A stretch of DNA of 63,001 nucleotides, filler included, from Salisapilia sapeloensis CBS 127946 (Eukaryota > Protista > Oomycota): NCBI GenBank assembly GCA_023334545.1. It is 12 parts of 12 records of this genome, joined end to end, with 100 filler letters (N's around TTAATTAATTAA, not from the genome) between each part and the next. Parts side by side here need not be neighbours in the genome. Positions count along the whole stretch, not along the records: positions 1 to 6,188 come from JAADVB010000573.1; positions 6,289 to 10,100 come from JAADVB010000721.1; positions 10,201 to 12,497 come from JAADVB010000924.1; 9 more parts are not named here. The stretch is one strand, 5' to 3'. Positions 1-10,756 of this stretch are shown one piece after another. Both the position numbers and the translations under genes were made by a program. Each line of letters begins with the position of its first letter. Position 1 is the first letter of the stretch. Under the pieces are notes generated by a model. The model made no database searches, had not been told where the DNA came from, and saw only the letters and a program-made list of their open reading frames with translations.

Positions 1-171
1 AGTCAGAAAGTCGTGCGACGACATGTGTCACAGGATGAGCGACAGAGACATGCGGCAATGCTTGAAGGACAGGCATTGAAGGAGCACAAAAGACAGGGCG
101 GAGAACATTCTATGGGAACACAGACGATGACGTCAGTGTGCGCTACCCATGACGCAATTCAAGACATTTAA
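1..171 (+). CDS. Possible 3' end of an unknown gene (open from window start)
   Basis: Frame 1 is open from base 1 to TAA at 169-171 (SQKVVRRHVSQDERQRHAAML...IQDI*). No recognisable motif. Confidence 0.2.
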   Translation, partial: SQKVVRRHVSQDERQRHAAMLEGQALKEHKRQGGEHSMGTQTMTSVCATHDAIQDI

Positions 172-699
172 TTTCAGTATGCATTTGCAGCTAGACGACC
201 TCAGCCAACCAACAGGGTAGGACAAGATAGGACATAGTCTAGCTTCCTAACATTTTCAATTCAGTTGCAATTTTGCTTTCTACTACTCAAGTGCCTTCCT
301 TCTCTCCGCCGAGCTTCGGATACCTTTTGGGATCCGTTTGGATATCTCTATCTTTCCTTCCCTTGGACATAGAGAAGAACCGTGCCCCGTTAAAAGCTCG
401 CTATCAGAATTCATCGTTATCTCGCTCATTGATTGGGTAAAATTAAAAATGATGCAAATTTCAAATTAGTCCTCATCATTCTGTGTTGGAGTTCTTGCGT
501 GTCATTCGAAAAGGAGCTTTAATCGAACCTTGTAATGTAAAACAGCCTTCCCGCGAACCTAATACAAGAATAAAATCAGATTCATCTTCGACAAAATAAA
601 CGAAACAACGAACTTCTGGCTCCGTCTCATGGGTTCGTTCATTTTTTTAAAAACAAAACGAATCCTAAATTTAAAACGAACTGATTCGTCTGAAAGACC

Positions 700-1800
700 G
701 TAAACACCGAAATTTCCACGAATTGGGTTCTTAAAAAGTTCGTTTGACGTGTAGATTACACGCAGACTGTGGAAACCCATCATCAATGCAATCCTTAGCA
801 TAAGCGCATCGCATATTCTGTTTGAAAGGGTCCATGAATCGAACGTCCAAAGGCTGTGCAGCGCCTGTACAGCCTCCGGCACAAATACTGGAGCTGTGCC
901 AAGGTCGGTAATTTCCGATACCGCAGCGTCGCATTTGTGTACTTTCAGACTGTCCAATAATAAAATACACCGTTCCTTGATAATGTATTTCTAACATTCG
1001 TCTATCCATTCGAGCATAACTCGCGTATCAAACCACGCTTTTTCTTAAACTGAAATGATGCAATACTTTGATCCACATAGGCTGTCATCTCTTCCTCCAC
1101 ATTACCACTTTAAGTACCACTAAAAACAAAATGTGGTGGATATACCTGACCGTTTATACTCACCGTAATTGGAATGGTGTATCGATAACCTGAACCTGGT
1201 CCAGTAATTGTGGACACCATAGCCCTACCAACAAAATCCACCGTCGAACTGCTATCAATATTGTGGAATACTGATGTCTGGTACATATTAATCACTATGG
1301 TGTTGCACGGTAGCCGAGTAATGGAACAAATAAAATGAGCCATTAGTAGATCCAGTACCTCTTGTAGATAATCCAGCTTTTTTGCATCAGATCGGCAAGA
1401 CAAGTACGACCATAGTGCGTGATTCTTCGGATAGCCATTCGGTTCTTTCGCACAAAGTGAATACACCATGATATATGCGTCTCATAGGATTGCTCATTAA
1501 CGAACTCAGGCATTAAGTCCTTTAGCTTCTTAAAAATAATTTCACGTGTCACATTATAATTACCTCTTCTAAGCTCTTTTACGTATAACACGAGAGCATC
1601 CTCGATCTCTGCTGTTGGAGACCTGCGTCAACGGCCTTTCAATGTCGAAAGTTTTTACAAACTTGATCTCACTTTAGCACGCTGACTCTTTCCAAGCTTC
1701 TCTTTCGTCTAGATCCAGTCCTGTAACGTACTTCGTTTAATGTCGTGCATTCGACAAGATTCCCTTAAAGGTACCCCTCCCTTGCCTGAGCCTCATACTT
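700..1800 (-). pseudogene. Degenerate pogo-like (Tc1/mariner superfamily) DDE transposase
   Basis: Minus-strand frames joined across stops and frameshifts give: an N-terminal HTH (ESCRMHDIKRSTLQDW), a CENP-B/Tc5 HTH (EIEDALVLYVKELR...WCIHFVRKNRMAIRRITH), and DDE_1 motifs (NMYQTSVF..., GYRYTIPITVSINGQVYPPHFVFSG, KAWFDTRVMLEWID, ILLLDSLKVH, GCTGAAQPLDV.FMDPFK). Multiple stops; the first catalytic Asp position reads Tyr. TIRs not found; boundaries approximate. Confidence 0.8.
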
Positions 1801-1984
1801 TCTCACCAAACTAAGTCGGAATGTATTTTGTAGCGACGTGAAGTGCTGGCTTTAGGCATAGCAGATAGAAAAAGATGAATTGTAATAAATAGTATGTGGT
1901 CCGGTTTTGACAATAATAATTAGGAATAGTTGTATTCGATTTTAGCCAAATATGTCTAGAGTTGAAAGTTCGAAATGGTCCGGT

Positions 1985-2217
1985 TGTTACGGGACTCTTG
2001 TCTCCCGTGCTGTGCTTACACGTGCAGTAGGGGAAGCTTGATAAAACTAGAAGTGAGAATATATTGATACGTTAGACTGATCCTACTTTGCACATCTTCC
2101 TAAATCTACCACCAGATGATATCTAGAAAAGATGCAGATCATCTAAGCATGTACCAACAAAGAACCAAAGTAAAAGTAAAGTAGCGCTAGCCTAAAGTAA
2201 CGGTAGGGCCCGTTACA
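1985..2217 (-). repeat. 3' LTR (233 bp) of the Gypsy element
   Basis: On the minus strand it reads 5'-TGTAACGGGCC...GTCCCGTAACA-3' (TG...CA ends, 9/11 terminal inverted repeat). It immediately follows the polypurine tract and lies downstream of pol. Confidence 0.85.
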
Positions 2218-2227
2218 CCATCCCCCC
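2218..2227 (-). other. Polypurine tract (PPT) of the LTR retrotransposon
   Basis: GGGGGGATGG on the minus strand directly abuts the TGTAAC start of the LTR. Confidence 0.85.
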
Positions 2228-2502
2228 AAGATTGCGAACACCCAATTTCGCAAATCTGAATAGGTATATGGCGTTGGCCTACAACCCGTACGTCACCAGA
2301 TTGCCACTTCGATCCAGGTTTGGATTCCTTCCGGCCCTCTCCTGACTTCTCTCGCGCCCGACTCCCTCGGACGCCCAACCTCTTCGTGTAAAGCCGAAAC
2401 ACTCCATTCATCCAATTGTTCACAACATCGCAAGGCACTCCAAACACTCTCGTTCGCTCCACGATAGTCAATACTCGATCACAAGTGTCTTCTGACTCCG
2501 AA

Positions 2503-4236
2503 ATGATACCCGTCGAAGCGTCCGCAAACGCGGACGCCGGAGTCCACAATGAAGAGCTTGCCACAGATACGACCGTCGGAGTTGGGACGACTATGGCCAC
2601 CGAGAGCGTGCCCGAGGAAACCATGGAGCCTACGATAGCCGCTGTCACTACTGTCAATGTGACAACGACATCAGCAGCCGACCCGACGGCTGCGAATACC
2701 ACTCCCATGCATTCCGAGTCAATGCGCTCGATGGTCGAGGCACCAACATCAACAACAACGACGCCTACGACTCCCCGAGCGACCGATTATCGAGAGGATC
2801 GGTCGCGGATGACGTACTCTCAGGGCGCGCTGTATCCGTTGGACTTGTATGACATTGGTGACTTGGTGACCGATAAATCTCTCGAGGACTTGAAAGACCT
2901 ATTCCGACGATATCGGGAGAATCGCGGCAAGTCCATGAACGTCAAACAGGAGTCGCTCCGTCAATCTTGGAACGAATTCATCAAACGTCTCCGACATGAG
3001 CGTGACATCGAGAGTTTTATCCAACATCGGAAGCACTATAGGGAGAAATACTCCTTGAGTGCCCTTTGCGAGCGCGTGCATAACGAATGCATACGCGATA
3101 GGCGGCCGTGCTTCGCGGCCGCGATGGATGAGTGTCCTTATTTCCGAAACAATAACTTCTTCGACACGATTGAGGATTGGGATGAGAGCCTAAGAAGGAA
3201 CCAGATGTCCCCTCAATTAAGTGACCTGGTGGTTAGGCTGCGACGTGCCCTTAGTGACTCGGGGCACGGGCGTCCGGTTCACCGGACGCGACGATCAGAG
3301 CCTCGTAGTCCGCCACGACGTCCGGAACGTCCTCCATTAGCTGGTGGCGAGGCTCCCACGTATCGGAGCTGGCCGGGTAGCCGAACCAACGCACTCGATA
3401 GTAACGCGTATCACGAGCGTTGGAATCCTGCTTCTGTGGAGCGCCGGGATGACCGGCGCGAGTGGCGTGCCGCTTACTCTGGCGGCGCCGACGACCCTCG
3501 TCGCTCTTTGGAATACCCGGGGGATTATCGCAGTGATCAACGATACACTCCACCACCCAGCGTGTATGGCCCGAGGAGTCCACGAGAGCGGGAGGACCTT
3601 CCCGCTCGTAGCGATCCCTTCGTTTTCGATCGGGAACGTGACTACTCGCCTGTGCGCGATTCTCCGCAACGTTCGCGTCATCGCTACCATCCTTATGGTA
3701 GCTCGAGTGCTCGCCGCTCACGTTCTCGTACACCTCGGGACTCGCCTCCGAGGTTATTTGCTCCTTCGACGCGCGAGTATGCTGCTGCGGCACCGGTCTC
3801 GGAATCGATACCAACGTCGACTCCCGTGCCGGTGGGACCACCGGCGCCATCGACTCCGCCTCCAACTCGTCACTCTGTGTCGGCGGCTCCCCCTGTTGGT
3901 CAGTCTCGCGATGAAGAGAGGCGTCCACCTGATCAGTCGGACGCGCCTGCCACCCGTGCCGAGGGTGACGTGCCAGCAGTGACAGGTCCGGTGCCTCGAT
4001 GGTTTCGTGAGACGGACGAGCGTTCCGAGAGGGACGCAGACGAGATTGCGGCCTTGTCCTTTGAGCTAGAGTCCCTTCAGGCGGCACGGACCTCGGATTT
4101 GCAGGCGGTCCAGCAGCTGCGGAATCAGTTGCGCCAGACGAACCAGAATCTTCGGGACTTGCGTGCTCTCGTACAGGCACGGAATCCGAGAGCGAATGAC
4201 GATGAGGAGAAGAAGGCGCCTCCAAGAGGGAAGTAG
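2503..4236 (+). CDS. Antisense ORF inside the retrotransposon (577 aa from ATG 2503; open from 2416)
   Basis: Uninterrupted frame with a Thr-rich N-terminus, a globular-looking Cys/His-containing segment (LRQSWNEFIKRL...ERVHNECIRDRRPCFAAAMDECPYF), an Arg/Pro/Ser-rich region and a C-terminal coiled coil. It overlaps pol by 986 nt. Expression is unknown. Confidence 0.55.
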   Translation: MIPVEASANADAGVHNEELATDTTVGVGTTMATESVPEETMEPTIAAVTTVNVTTTSAADPTAANTTPMHSESMRSMVEAPTSTTTTPTTPRATDYREDRSRMTYSQGALYPLDLYDIGDLVTDKSLEDLKDLFRRYRENRGKSMNVKQESLRQSWNEFIKRLRHERDIESFIQHRKHYREKYSLSALCERVHNECIRDRRPCFAAAMDECPYFRNNNFFDTIEDWDESLRRNQMSPQLSDLVVRLRRALSDSGHGRPVHRTRRSEPRSPPRRPERPPLAGGEAPTYRSWPGSRTNALDSNAYHERWNPASVERRDDRREWRAAYSGGADDPRRSLEYPGDYRSDQRYTPPPSVYGPRSPREREDLPARSDPFVFDRERDYSPVRDSPQRSRHRYHPYGSSSARRSRSRTPRDSPPRLFAPSTREYAAAAPVSESIPTSTPVPVGPPAPSTPPPTRHSVSAAPPVGQSRDEERRPPDQSDAPATRAEGDVPAVTGPVPRWFRETDERSERDADEIAALSFELESLQAARTSDLQAVQQLRNQLRQTNQNLRDLRALVQARNPRANDDEEKKAPPRGK

Positions 4237-6188
4237 GCGCTAACGCTGGGTGATAGCGTTTGAGGCGCCCGACGTAGAACGTCGGGTGCAGACGTATACC
4301 CTTAGGTAACTCCAATGTATACGCGGCACCTTGTCTTGCCTTCACTTTGAATGGTCCAATGTACCTAGGAGTGACCTTAGACTCCGTCGGCCCCAGTAGC
4401 TCCTGTGGGAGCTCAGACGTGGACAGAAGTACTGTCTCGCCTGGCCGAAGCGTCTCATGATTTCGGCGACTCGATCGGTCCGAGTTCTCCTTTTGCCGGT
4501 CAGCTGCGTCGGCGACGGCGTCCCTGACATAGCGCAATATTGACTGCCGTTGCTCGAGTATTGTGTCGGCGGCTCTTTCCGCCTGATTCGCAGCTTCGTT
4601 CTCCGCCACGGGCTCTGTCCCATGGCTCGCAATGGTCTGATTTGGCTCATTGCTCTCTCGACGTCGGTCCTCGTTGACCGACGTGTCACTTGAATGTCGT
4701 CGATTTGACACCACACGGATTGGTGTGCTTAACACGACACCTCGAAACGACTTTTGGGGTGACACAGCACCATCACCAGTTGTGTGTGCTGTCGTCCGCG
4801 TAGAAGCGAGCGTATCTCCAACAGGCCTTTCCTGTGAGTCTCTCTCGCTGGCTTCGTGCGTCGCCACTCTTGGCGACGCTTTGTTCTCTCTTGTCGAATC
4901 AATAGAACTAGTCGGTTGGTCCGACATCTGCGTCGGTCTCGTTACCGACGCCTCATCAGCGTTCCCATACTGATTCGACGACGACATCAAAGTGTTCGAT
5001 GTCCCTCCCCTTCCAGACGAAGCACTGGTTGCGCTCGTCGACATGCCGAGCGCGGCAGGCGTCCGTGGATGACGGGCGTAATTGGCGTAGAACGGGGTAA
5101 CGCCCGTTGACGAGTGTACGGCGTTATTGAGAGCGAACTCAGCCATAGGTAGCAGGTCGCTCCATGACGTGTAGCTCGCGGCATAACTGCGTAATATGTC
5201 GCCTAACGTGCGATTTACTCGCTCGGTTTGCCCGTCAGTCTCAGGATGTGCTGACGTCGACATGTCCAGCTTGGTTCCTACGCGCCGGAATATCCGGCGC
5301 CAGAAGGACGCGGTGAAGCGCGGGTCTCTATCCGACACGATGCTTTCGGGCATGCCATGTAGTCGGAACACAGTATCGAGGAAGATGGCAGCGGACTCTT
5401 CCGCTGAGACAGTTTGCTTCACGGGAGCAAGGTGGACCATCTTACTCAGTCTATCGACAAACACGAGGATGCCCGTACGACCGGCCTTGTCCGGTGGCAG
5501 TCCAAAGATAAAGTCCATGCTGACGGATTTCCAAGCATCCGTCGGAACCGGAAGCGATTGTAACGGCGCCCGAATAGCGGGCACAGACTTCACGCGTTGG
5601 CACGTTTCACATGACCGCACCCATTTACGAACCCATTTGTACATGTGAGGCGAATAGTAGTCACGCGCCAATGCATTGGACGTCTTCTCGCGTCCAGCAT
5701 GCGCTCCGCTGGGCGCATCGTGGTACTCATGTATGATGCGTGCACACAGATCGGCGTCGTTCGGCACAACGACGCGTGGCGTATCCATGTCATCGATCGC
5801 ATAGTACAAGAGCTCACGCTGGAGTGAATAGCGATGCAGGCGAGCGCGTGTACGCGCCGACAGCTTCTTTTTGGCGCTAGCATCGAGTGTACTCAGGTAC
5901 TCGATGAGCTCGCGACAAAAGGCATCTTTTGCGTATGCTTCTCTGATGGCGTCTGTTAGTGACAGACGCGGAACCACTTCGGTGGCTCGAAGTTCCTCAG
6001 TCTCACACTTCGGACATGGAGTGTTCTCATATGCCTCGTCTTCATTCGGATCATAGTCTGGACGCCGACTCAACGCGTCGGCGATAACATTCATTTTCCC
6101 AGGCTTGTAGAAGACGACGAAGTTGAACTGCGAGAAGAACGAAAGCCACCGTGCCATACGGTCGCTGAGGTGTGGCGATTTCGTGGCC
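3251..6188 (-). CDS. Gypsy Pol C-terminal part: RNase H tail, integrase (HHCC, core, GPY/F), chromodomain
   Basis: RWLSFFSQFNFVVFYKPGKMNVIADALSRRPD; HDAPSGAH...CETCQ; SMDFIFGLP, IVSDRDPRFTASFW, HPETDGQTERVN; PRYIGPFKV...HPTFYVGRLKRY; chromodomain RYYRVRWFGYPASSDTWEP. No internal stops. Confidence 0.93.
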
Positions 6189-6288
6189 NNNNNNNNNNNN
6201 NNNNNNNNNNNNNNNNNNNNNNNNNNNNNNNNTTAATTAATTAANNNNNNNNNNNNNNNNNNNNNNNNNNNNNNNNNNNNNNNNNNNN
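6189..6288. other. Artificial contig spacer (first of eleven)
   Basis: 44 N + TTAATTAATTAA (stop codons in all six frames) + 44 N. Others at 10101-10200, 12498-12597, 31361-31460, 34787-34886, 37663-37762, 39271-39370, 47405-47504, 49374-49473, 58212-58311, 60254-60353. Confidence 0.98.
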
Positions 6289-7449
6289 ACGAAAGCTAGC
6301 TGAATCCGGACGCACCGGCGATGGTAACTTAATATGTTTTTTATGTAGACGCTTCTGCTCAATAGCATCCAGCATCTCAATATCCTGCACCACCTTGGCC
6401 AATCGCCTCTCCCTTGCTCTCAACTCTTTGATCATTTCTTCTCGCATCTCTACTTCATCTCGAACTGCTCTCTGGTGTCCCTTGGCATCCACAAGTGCCG
6501 CTTTAGCCTCCTATACGACTTCTCGTTGTCTGTCAAGAACATGTATAATGTCTAGTGAACGCTGAACAACGGGGTAGATCTCAGTTGCTTTCTTCGCATA
6601 GTAGCAAGCAGCTCGCACCCAAACGCAATTGGCTGTGAGTGCAGGCGATATTTGATATATTTTCGCGTTGTTTGGACGAAGTCGAGGATGATGAATCACT
6701 GGAGTTAAACTGAATAGCATGCCTTTCCAAGTGCCTTCGCTAAAGGAGTAGATATCGAACAGCGGAAGTACATACAATGCTTTCACATTGTACGGATGAA
6801 TCAGGCCTTCTTTGTCACCTAAAGCCACATTTTCATCGCTGTTCGATAACATCTTTACGGCATTCTCTCTTGTCGGCTGATAGAATGGACCATTCAGGTA
6901 GAAGTTTGAAGTGAAATTTAAGAGGATGCAAAATGCACTCAGCAATGGTGTGCAAGCAGCATCAAGACGGGCGGATCAAAGTCGATGAAAGTACAAGACA
7001 TCTGCCTTCTGGAGCATTGCAACTGCCCGCTTGTACTCGTTCTCAAGTCCATTCGTATCCTTCTTCCAAAATGTTTCGACTTTTATCTGTAGCTCCTGTT
7101 CTCTAGCTATTGCTTTCTCAAGTTCACCTTCCGCTACTTGCATATTCCTTCGTTCAGCACGCAAGTGCCGCTCTGATTCCTCCATCTTGTTCTGATACGC
7201 GTCCAATGCTTCCACTTCATCGTTCAATTCCCGCTGCACAGAACTGTGCTCTTTAATCGAGGTTTCAAGCAACTTGGATCCGATGACAACGTTCTGTGAC
7301 TTGGCTAGCATCTGAACAATAGTTTGTACGAACGCATTTCCGCCATCAACACCTTCTGGTAAGCTCGGTAGCATATTCGCGACCATGACAGCGTACGGTG
7401 TCTTAAACTTTGGCATCTGCAAATCCAACTTAACATACAAAATATGCAA
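6289..7449 (-). pseudogene. Dynein heavy-chain stalk (coiled coil-MTBD-coiled coil)-like reading frame with two premature stops
   Basis: ORF-track pieces 6976-7449, 6511-6945 and 6241-6492 share one frame, separated only by TGA (6976-6978) and TAG (6511-6513). The segment [40 protein letters not shown], flanked by coiled coils, resembles the dynein MT stalk by eye. Confidence 0.45.
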
Positions 7450-9549
7450 ATATCTATCTCACAGACTGGTCGTCCGTCGAGGCACACCAGGATCTTATGC
7501 TCCTACCCTCCTGTTTCTTGACGGCCTAACAACCGGATCTACTGGTGGTGCCAGAAGTGCCATCGTAGTGCACATTGGATCAACAACAAGTGAGACCGTG
7601 ATTTGCTGGGTAATACGCGAATGCGACCCAAGCCAACGCCCCCACAAAACAGTGCCATATTCACAATGTCCTAGCGCTGGGTCTCCAGGCTTGCTTAAGC
7701 CACACATGGGGTCCTCTCCACGTCATCCGGCAATACCTTATACGTACATCCCCTCGAAAAAAGATCAACGCGCTATCTATTGGAAGGGCCGCCGACTTGC
7801 CGAAATGCTTGCTATCGCCTCATGGACGACCACCACGGTGGCCGATAATCGTATGGCACGCCACATTGCCTCCACTGCAGTACCCAGATGCCGCAACACT
7901 GCCCACTACCGCCAAAGCCCAACTAATAACGGGCACTAGAAACTACATCCTGAGCATGTCTCGCACGACATTGGACGGTGGCTGTAAGCCACCGTCCACA
8001 ACGAGTCCACACAATAGGACATCAGCATAGTATAGGGATTACGTGAATGGCGAGGCTAGATGTGCTGGCAGGCGATTAGCGCGTGCTGGGACGGACTTTA
8101 TATATCGGAAGTAACCCGACGTCAATGTACCTCAGTTTAAAAAATGTTCAAATGGATTTGCTCATGCGCCGCTTTGAACTGACTGACAGTTGATATCCAA
8201 ACTTGCTTAGAGTTATCGAGATCGCCTGATTAATATCAAATGCAAAAATCATAACTTTAACCCACGATATAAGGCCGTGTTCGTTGAGCACATAATCGGG
8301 GATTTTTGGAGAAATAACTACTAATTAATTGAACAAACACGAGAAAGCATGAATCGGTATTATGCCTCGATGATCGCCCTTTCGCTAATCGACTAAAATT
8401 GAAGATGATGTTGAAGGGTATTCCGATTTAGGCATAATTTGTCCCGAAAAAGAATCGCTTAACTGTTGCAAATCTCATACGGATCACGCTACAGCGAGCA
8501 TGGTAACGACAACCTCAATTTTAACGTAGAGTACTAATTTGGTGAGAAAGTTATATTGAAGTGTTACGCTAGGTTTCTAGTGGCAAGTAGCAAGTGGCAA
8601 AGCAAAATCGACCATTCTCAGCGAACGCGAAATAGTCCGATTCGATTATCGTCAGTAGAGCTACAAATTCTGAATCCCAAATTATGCTGAATCGGTATTA
8701 TGCGCGAACTCGGCCTTGGAGATTACGACGAGGAAGATTTGTCGTGCGCAAGATATGAAATGACCGTGAGATCGGCACCCGATAATCTACTCATTGTAAT
8801 ACTGTAGATATTCGGTGGAGATATCTATTTGAACTGGGCTCCAGGGGACATCGTCCATTAAGATATGGCAGCTTAATAAACTTATATCCTTTGCAACAAC
8901 AGTACTTATTGGATTGCTACAGTGAGAAGCCCATCTGTCTACGAAGCACGCTTCAACTCTTTATAGTGACACAACTTCGTGCTACCGCCTTAATTTTATG
9001 TCTCAACAATATTCTTATGCAATTGACCAGGAACTAGTTCACATTCTAATCGTCAGTTGGGTGGCTGCATACAAGATTCTAGATGAAGCATAACTTATAT
9101 GCACATTTGGAAAGTATCCATCCATCTGCTGAATTGGGGGTGAAATTCTGCTACGATAGTCTCTGTTGGAAGTCGCTTGCTGCTTTGACGGATAATTGAG
9201 AAGTGATATTGATATTAGATCTAAAAAGAAAAACCTGCTACTGTTTTTTGTCGTCCTTCAGTGGATGACTACCATTCCCTGGTATCTTATGCCTGATATC
9301 TTACTTTTGCCGCCATCGTCGCAGTGACTCTTCGGAAGATACCTTGTTCACTACATCATTCTGGCGTTACTGTCGTTGTCATTATTAACGCATGTTCCGA
9401 CAGTCTCATTGTAGACCAAAAAAGCACAAGGTCATGAAAAGAATTTGGTTGATGGAAGTGAAGTAGTAACATACACAAAAGGCGAAGTAGTTTAGCCTTG
9501 TTGCAGCAGTTTTAATCATTTGACCACACGAGTCATTACTGATGATCTC

Positions 9550-10100
9550 TCAGCGAAAAATGATGATATACCTCGATTCAAAGGGAGCGAATAGACTTTG
9601 GAACAGCGCATATAACGTATCATCATTAATAACGTTCTCAACCAAGTCTACTGCGAATGAATCCAAATCTTTAGCGCAATTTAGTCACTCATCATACACC
9701 ACGCTCTCCCTCCTTTTGTATTATCCGGTAATTGATTTATCTTGTCGGAGTCTTAGCTCAGTCATCTTTAGCCAAGCCAGCTGCCGACCACGCTCTTGGT
9801 CGTTCAGAGAAAGTTCCGAAATGCTACCTCTCCACACTTTTTCAACCATCGTGTCTAACTCGTCTCCACCGTCCGGGCCACCTCGTACATGCTCGTGTTC
9901 ATCTGAAGGCTTTCTACGGGATACGGATACTTGGGCATTGTCGTTTGAAGATGTGAACTGGGCAAAAGCATTCAGTGAACCTTCTGTCGAAGGGCTACGT
10001 TGATCAGAGTCAAACTCGTAGACTTCGCCTACACAAGATTCTCTGCCGGACCAAGCATCAAACTCTTCTGTCAGCTGTGAGATCCTAGACGGCTCACAGG
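9550..10100 (-). pseudogene. Unknown gene fragment with in-frame stops
   Basis: 126 open codons from the contig edge to TAA 9721-9723. The same frame continues as protein-like sequence (YKRRESVVYDE*LNCAKDLDSFAVDLVENVINDD) through TGA 9685-9687. No family recognised. Confidence 0.35.
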
Positions 10101-10201
10101 NNNNNNNNNNNNNNNNNNNNNNNNNNNNNNNNNNNNNNNNNNNNTTAATTAATTAANNNNNNNNNNNNNNNNNNNNNNNNNNNNNNNNNNNNNNNNNNNN
10201 A

Positions 10202-10756
10202 GAAGAACCTCCTGCTGAAGATCCACCTGCAAGACTAACTCCAGCCGATGAAGAAGAAAAGGAGCGTAAGCGAAAGCGTCAGCGAGAGTACGAAAAGACC
10301 TACCGTAAGCGCAAGCAAGTGAGTCGAGTATACCATGTCCGCCTATCCTTTCACTTTTGTAACAATGCGTACTCGTAGATCAAAATGGCGGAACTTCGTG
10401 AACAATGGATCAACAACGAGATCAAGATCGAAAAGCTCCGAGCGAAAAGCATTCAATCGGCTGTAATTCCTACAAAAGCGATGTATACGACGACCATGAA
10501 CGAGTTCAATCGTCTACGGATGGAAGAGAGAGCACTGATGTTGGATTATATCGCTCTAAGGTCTTTGAAGGCTTGGATTCAAATTGCGCAGCTATTGGGC
10601 CAAAGAGAATGTGCTGAGCTGAAGAAGGCCGCTCTATCGGACTCTGGATTGGAAGATGGCGTTAGCCATTCAATTTCGTTGCTGTTTCTACCACAATTTG
10701 AGTTTTCCTGGTATCGGATTTGCCGAATGGAGATTATTCCAGGGAAAAAGTGTTAA
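10202..10756 (+). CDS. Partial basic-region/coiled-coil (bZIP-like) protein, 5' truncated
   Basis: Exon 10202-10318 (ERKRKRQREYEKTYRKRKQ), GTGAGT...TAG intron 10319-10378 (60 nt), then in-frame IKMAELREQWINNEIKIEKL. The 3' part may be decayed. Confidence 0.55.

Larger units (their letters stand above)
1985..6188 (-). mobile_element. Ty3/Gypsy chromovirus LTR retrotransposon, 3' half (cut by the contig end)
   Basis: pol with domain order RNase H - integrase - chromodomain, then PPT and LTR. gag, protease, RT and the 5' LTR lie beyond the spacer at 6189. Confidence 0.93.

Noticed and set aside
6048-6052. GATC about 140 nt from the end of contig 1, suggesting systematic restriction-site chimeras
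   Set aside because: The other contig ends I checked (10100, 31360) lack GATC at that distance, so this is probably chance.
6233-6244. TTAATTAATTAA recurring eleven times as a possible biological repeat or CRISPR-like array
   Set aside because: Always centred in identical 100-nt N blocks; it is a six-frame stop linker added when contigs were concatenated.
7385-8030. 184-aa plus-strand ORF and neighbours
   Set aside because: No recognisable motif or coherent composition; it partly overlaps the minus-strand dynein-like frame.
6289-10100. Stop-codon reassignment or RNA editing as the explanation for in-frame stops
   Set aside because: All three stop types interrupt frames, frameshifts and splice lesions co-occur, and conserved genes (DBP3, PIG-O, DHCR7, 4CL-like) end at standard stops with no internal ones. 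Decay is the simpler explanation.
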